From: Crocinitomicaceae bacterium
GTDB taxonomy: Bacteria > Bacteroidota > Bacteroidia > Flavobacteriales_D > Crocinitomicaceae
NCBI GenBank assembly: GCA_044339705.1
Contig: JBIIVA010000001.1
Span: 1-56,944, forward strand
DNA: 56,944 nucleotides
Reading direction: 5' to 3'
In this document: positions 55,101-56,944 of the stretch, one piece after another
How the letters are laid out: every line of letters starts with the position of its first letter
Numbering within the stretch: the first letter of the stretch is position 1
The notes under the pieces: generated by a model
What the model was told of the DNA's origin: nothing
The model's database searches: none
The model's input: only the letters and a program-made list of their open reading frames with translations
Translations under genes and position numbers: made by a program

Positions 55101-56622
55101 CGCCATTCACTGTGACAATCAAAGACCCAGAAGAAAGGTTTGAAACTTTTGCATTAATCGTATAACTGCTGGTATTGACTGTTGATCCGGAAGCACTTGG
55201 AGAGGTAAATTGGATATTTGGTGAAATACAATTATTGTAGTTAACTGATGTGCTAATATTACTAGATCCGCATGAATTTGTTAAGTCCATTTTGAATGTA
55301 TTCACTCCCGGTTGTAAAATAACGTTTGCTTGAACCACTCCGGAATTGATATTGTAGCTCGGGTTGTTTAATTTGTTGCCATTCTGATATATCGCCAGGT
55401 TCGAAGCATTTTGAACCCCAACAACCAATGCGCTAATTGAATAATTTGGATTTGTAACCGAAACTTGACTATTCATTGGATTTGTAAAGTTGCCCGATGG
55501 CAGATTACAATTGACATAATTTAATGTTATTGTTTCTGAATCACTTCCGCAATTATTTGTTGCTGTAATCCTGAAAGTATTTGCTCCTGGAGTAAGAGTT
55601 ACAGTTGCCTCGAAGTTTTTTGTTACTGAATTATAAATGAAAGGAAAACTTTGGTTATTGGCAGCAATTAAGGAGATGGAATTACTGGAACTGACCTCTG
55701 TAATTTTCGCTTTTACCTGAACAGATGCTTGATTAATCGTGGTATTGTTTTGAGATAAAATGCTAATTACCGGAACTGGACAATTTGACGAAGTATTATC
55801 CACATTATTGTTTGATGTTGATCCCCCTGAGCTGCCGCTTCCTCTCAATCGAAACCTCAAATAGAGAGAGGTGTAATGATAGAGATCATTTTTAGAGCGA
55901 GGAATGGAACTTTGAACGGCGTCAAAATTATCTTTTAAAGTAAATGTCGTTTTGTGTTCAAAACCAAGTGTAGTTCTTTTACCAATATGATATCCCAATC
56001 CAAAACCGAGGCTAGGCATAAAATTTACGCGATATTTAGAGTAACCATCAAGAGCTGTTTCATAGGAATTATCAAAATTAATTGTGTTAATTCCATTCGG
56101 TTGATAATTATACTGTGTAGGCCCTGAAAGAATATTAGATGAATCCGTAAGGTTTCCGTAAGTTCTATTCCATGTTAAACCAACTCCTCCAAAAATGTAT
56201 GGATCCAAGCCTGTTTTTTCCGTAAGTGCATTTAAGTGAATAGCAAGTTCTAATGCAAAACGATGCACGTTCGATTTGAAATTATGATAGGTATAACCAA
56301 GTCCATTTTGGTAGTTGTATAGTGCATTTGCGCCTTCGGATAAACCTGTTAGTATTGTTGAATCCGTGTCTTGCCCATACCAATTTCCGTTCAAATATCG
56401 TCCTCGTAAATCGAAGGAAAAAGGTTTTCCATAATTATAGTTGAATGACTTTCCGACAATTATTCCCCATCCGACTGAAGTTTTATTTGAAACATCTGTA
56501 GTTTGCCATGTCCCGCCTAGGTTTAAACCCCAAAACCACTTTGAAGAGTTATCATAATCAACTTTCTGCCCATAAATAGTTATTGAACAAAAAAGAAAAA
56601 AGGTAAGGTATATGTTTTTCAT
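52117..56622 (-). CDS. Giant outer-membrane protein: N-terminal beta-barrel + 12 Cys-bounded Ig-like repeats + Asn/Thr/Lys-rich C-terminal tail
   Basis: The internal ATG (track residue M29) gives signal peptide MKNIYLTFFLFCSITIYGQ, so I prefer it over the track's upstream alternative start. About 240 aa of barrel-like strands end at YHYTSLYLRFRLRG. Twelve ~90-aa repeats each end ...N-x-CG-x-D...NY-x-NC-x-P. A 135-aa low-complexity tail ends KGGGK. No T9SS CTD is recognisable. Confidence 0.8.
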   Translation of the reverse strand: MKNIYLTFFLFCSITIYGQKVDYDNSSKWFWGLNLGGTWQTTDVSNKTSVGWGIIVGKSFNYNYGKPFSFDLRGRYLNGNWYGQDTDSTILTGLSEGANALYNYQNGLGYTYHNFKSNVHRFALELAIHLNALTEKTGLDPYIFGGVGLTWNRTYGNLTDSSNILSGPTQYNYQPNGINTINFDNSYETALDGYSKYRVNFMPSLGFGLGYHIGKRTTLGFEHKTTFTLKDNFDAVQSSIPRSKNDLYHYTSLYLRFRLRGSGSSGGSTSNNNVDNTSSNCPVPVISILSQNNTTINQASVQVKAKITEVSSSNSISLIAANNQSFPFIYNSVTKNFEATVTLTPGANTFRITATNNCGSDSETITLNYVNCNLPSGNFTNPMNSQVSVTNPNYSISALVVGVQNASNLAIYQNGNKLNNPSYNINSGVVQANVILQPGVNTFKMDLTNSCGSSNISTSVNYNNCISPNIQFTSPSASGSTVNTSSYTINAKVSNLSSGSLIVTVNGVNITNFTNNNVELQIPVNLNNGNNTITIRATNNCGTDSETTTLNYQRCNAPLISVSQPVMNSIANVPTSYLKAKVENVGSKQDIQILLNNINVPVFNFNTATKMVDATLNLLQGNNTITISSSNTCGSDIETIIVAYDNCKAPVVDITNVTNQTVILSAYTLNATIQNMPASDGLVLTQNGLPINYTFLNGLLSSSVSLIPGTNTFKLSATRTCGNSSETIVVNYNDCISPTVNIINPAASGVTVNNTSFNFKAFTNNISNNQQVSFKFNGLNHPFTFYNGQIEATVNLINGNNAFSVTVTNLCGTETKNSSINLVNCFPPEIVSVNPNNNSATVTSATFNYQATITGVSNANAITFKQNGQIKPFTFSNGTLNSSLSLISGNNNVTVSVTNDCGVDIEAVIVNYDNCAPPIISFTNPTQLNLTTSNSLFNITAQLSNSMSQGITLTQNGITKEFSFSNSNFSASLNLIPGNNTIAISTHNSCGNDIKFINVTYNNCAAPVVVITEPNISGNTVNTSAFNFQASVQNMPNLQGIVLTHNGNTITGVTFNNGVLMAPVNLSQGLNTFSISANNACGNATQTTTVNYNNCTAPVLTMNNPSVGNSTVNSPNYNLNLSATNISSSQELIVTHNGGQLSNVIFSNGQITANVTLSAGANSFYVNASNGCGSDTKTFTVNYDNCIPPVVTIINSNNPNQPIINANYQFSATVQHINSTQGIQLKLNGNIIQNIIFSGNELTANVVLSPGSNIFILDVQNNCGSDNETFIVNYENCSTPVIHVNTTPISGTTTNNSQLSFVAQVLNYNSNTIVNLSLNGLPVNTFSNVNGSISFLVNLTLGTNNISISVLNACGRDAANYLINYQLASNSGSNSINGNGNNADGVDSSNPGQGSGGPNGQTDTNNGSNTPTNNQNNGNSNLTPKKNGTTKATQNANKSSVNKQTPTNNTNKNAVKTESKKETPKETPKKNTSDTLKNNNLTPLTNPTIKQNKPNNKGGGK
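52525..55784 (-). repeat. Twelve diverged tandem coding repeats of ~270 bp (Ig-like modules)
   Basis: Boundaries were read from the protein: SSNCPVP, YVNCNLP, YNNCISP, YQRCNAP, YDNCKAP, YNDCISP, LVNCFPP, YDNCAPP, YNNCAAP, YNNCTAP, YDNCIPP, YENCSTP. Coordinates were converted from residue numbers and are good to within a few nt. Confidence 0.75.
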
Positions 56623-56774
56623 TTCGTATTTTTTCGATTGATTTTCGAATATTGTGCCAATATTTTTTTTTAAGTTCATAAAATTAACAAATTTGAATAC
56701 AAACACATGATTTACCCGCTTAAATAACTGATTTATAATTAAATAAGAATCTGTTAAAGTTTTGTTAATCGATG

Positions 56775-56944
56775 TTACCTAAAAAATTGAATTTCTTTGA
56801 AACGCAAAATGAGAAGTAAATCACTACCTGCTTGTTTTTCAATCGTTGACCCCAAAAGTTGCGTTTTTGTATCATAAATTATTTGTAATTCCCCAATAAA
56901 TTTGCCCTCAATGTAATGCATTTTTTCGATCACGTTTCCATAAG
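56775..56944 (-). CDS. Possible 3-prime end of a gene entering from the right edge (unknown product)
   Basis: A minus-strand frame is open from 56942 to the TAA at 56777-56775 and reads YGNVIEKMHYIEGKFIGELQIIYDTKTQLLGSTIEKQAGSDLLLILRFKEIQFFR. This is only 55 codons and no family is recognised. Confidence 0.3.
   Translation of the reverse strand, partial: YGNVIEKMHYIEGKFIGELQIIYDTKTQLLGSTIEKQAGSDLLLILRFKEIQFFR

Noticed and set aside
52525-55784. Regular ~270-bp periodicity that could suggest a CRISPR-like or satellite array
   Set aside because: The repeats are in frame within one long ORF and are diverged at the DNA level. They translate to homologous Cys-bounded protein modules, so they are coding domain repeats and not a CRISPR array.

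Overview
This is a 56.9-kb stretch of a low-GC Bacteroidota chromosome that looks Flavobacteriia-like. The evidence is T9SS type A and type B C-terminal sorting domains, TAnnTTTG -7 promoter boxes close to start codons, kynurenine 3-monooxygenase and a DUF2911 protein. It holds about 42 tightly packed protein-coding genes. I saw no rRNA, tRNA, CRISPR array, transposase or integrase.

Housekeeping blocks:
- holB, rsmI, an RDD-family protein and radA
- deoC plus an aldehyde dehydrogenase
- an aldo/keto reductase, EamA transporter and DUF2911 protein
- metF, kmo and a Cys/Met PLP enzyme
- a LytTR response regulator plus a TPR histidine kinase
- an M1 aminopeptidase, 5-formyl-THF cyclo-ligase and a PpiD-like chaperone

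Light and repair genes: a Cry-DASH gene is paired with an Fe-S (6-4)-photolyase-like gene. About 4.6 kb away on the same strand, an atypical SDR is translationally coupled to a 53-codon DUF2256 zinc-ribbon ORF that the ORF track misses. An opposite-strand islet separates the two pairs. It carries a vWA-like secreted protein, small hypotheticals, a 5-prime-truncated T9SS cargo remnant and an AAA+/PD-(D/E)xK ATPase.

Most unusual content:
1. A ~1,500-aa protein with an N-terminal outer-membrane beta-barrel, 12 Cys-bounded Ig-like repeats and a Lys/Asn/Thr tail. The layout resembles an inverse autotransporter and there is no T9SS CTD.
2. A surface-protein locus at 40.1-49.0 kb. It holds a phage-tail-fibre-like secreted protein, an OmpH/Skp gene broken by one in-frame TAA, a T9SS type A cargo, and a 1,232-aa T9SS type B cargo. 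The type B cargo carries two ALK/LTK-like glycine-rich domains from an internal 1.3-kb duplication.
3. An aldehyde dehydrogenase paralogue that lacks the catalytic domain.
4. A 600-bp divergent intergenic region with a ~64% GC island and nested repeats.
5. A heptanucleotide tandem repeat between the kinase and regulator genes.

A large secreted-protein gene runs off the left edge and a short ORF tail enters from the right edge. Neither is in the supplied track.
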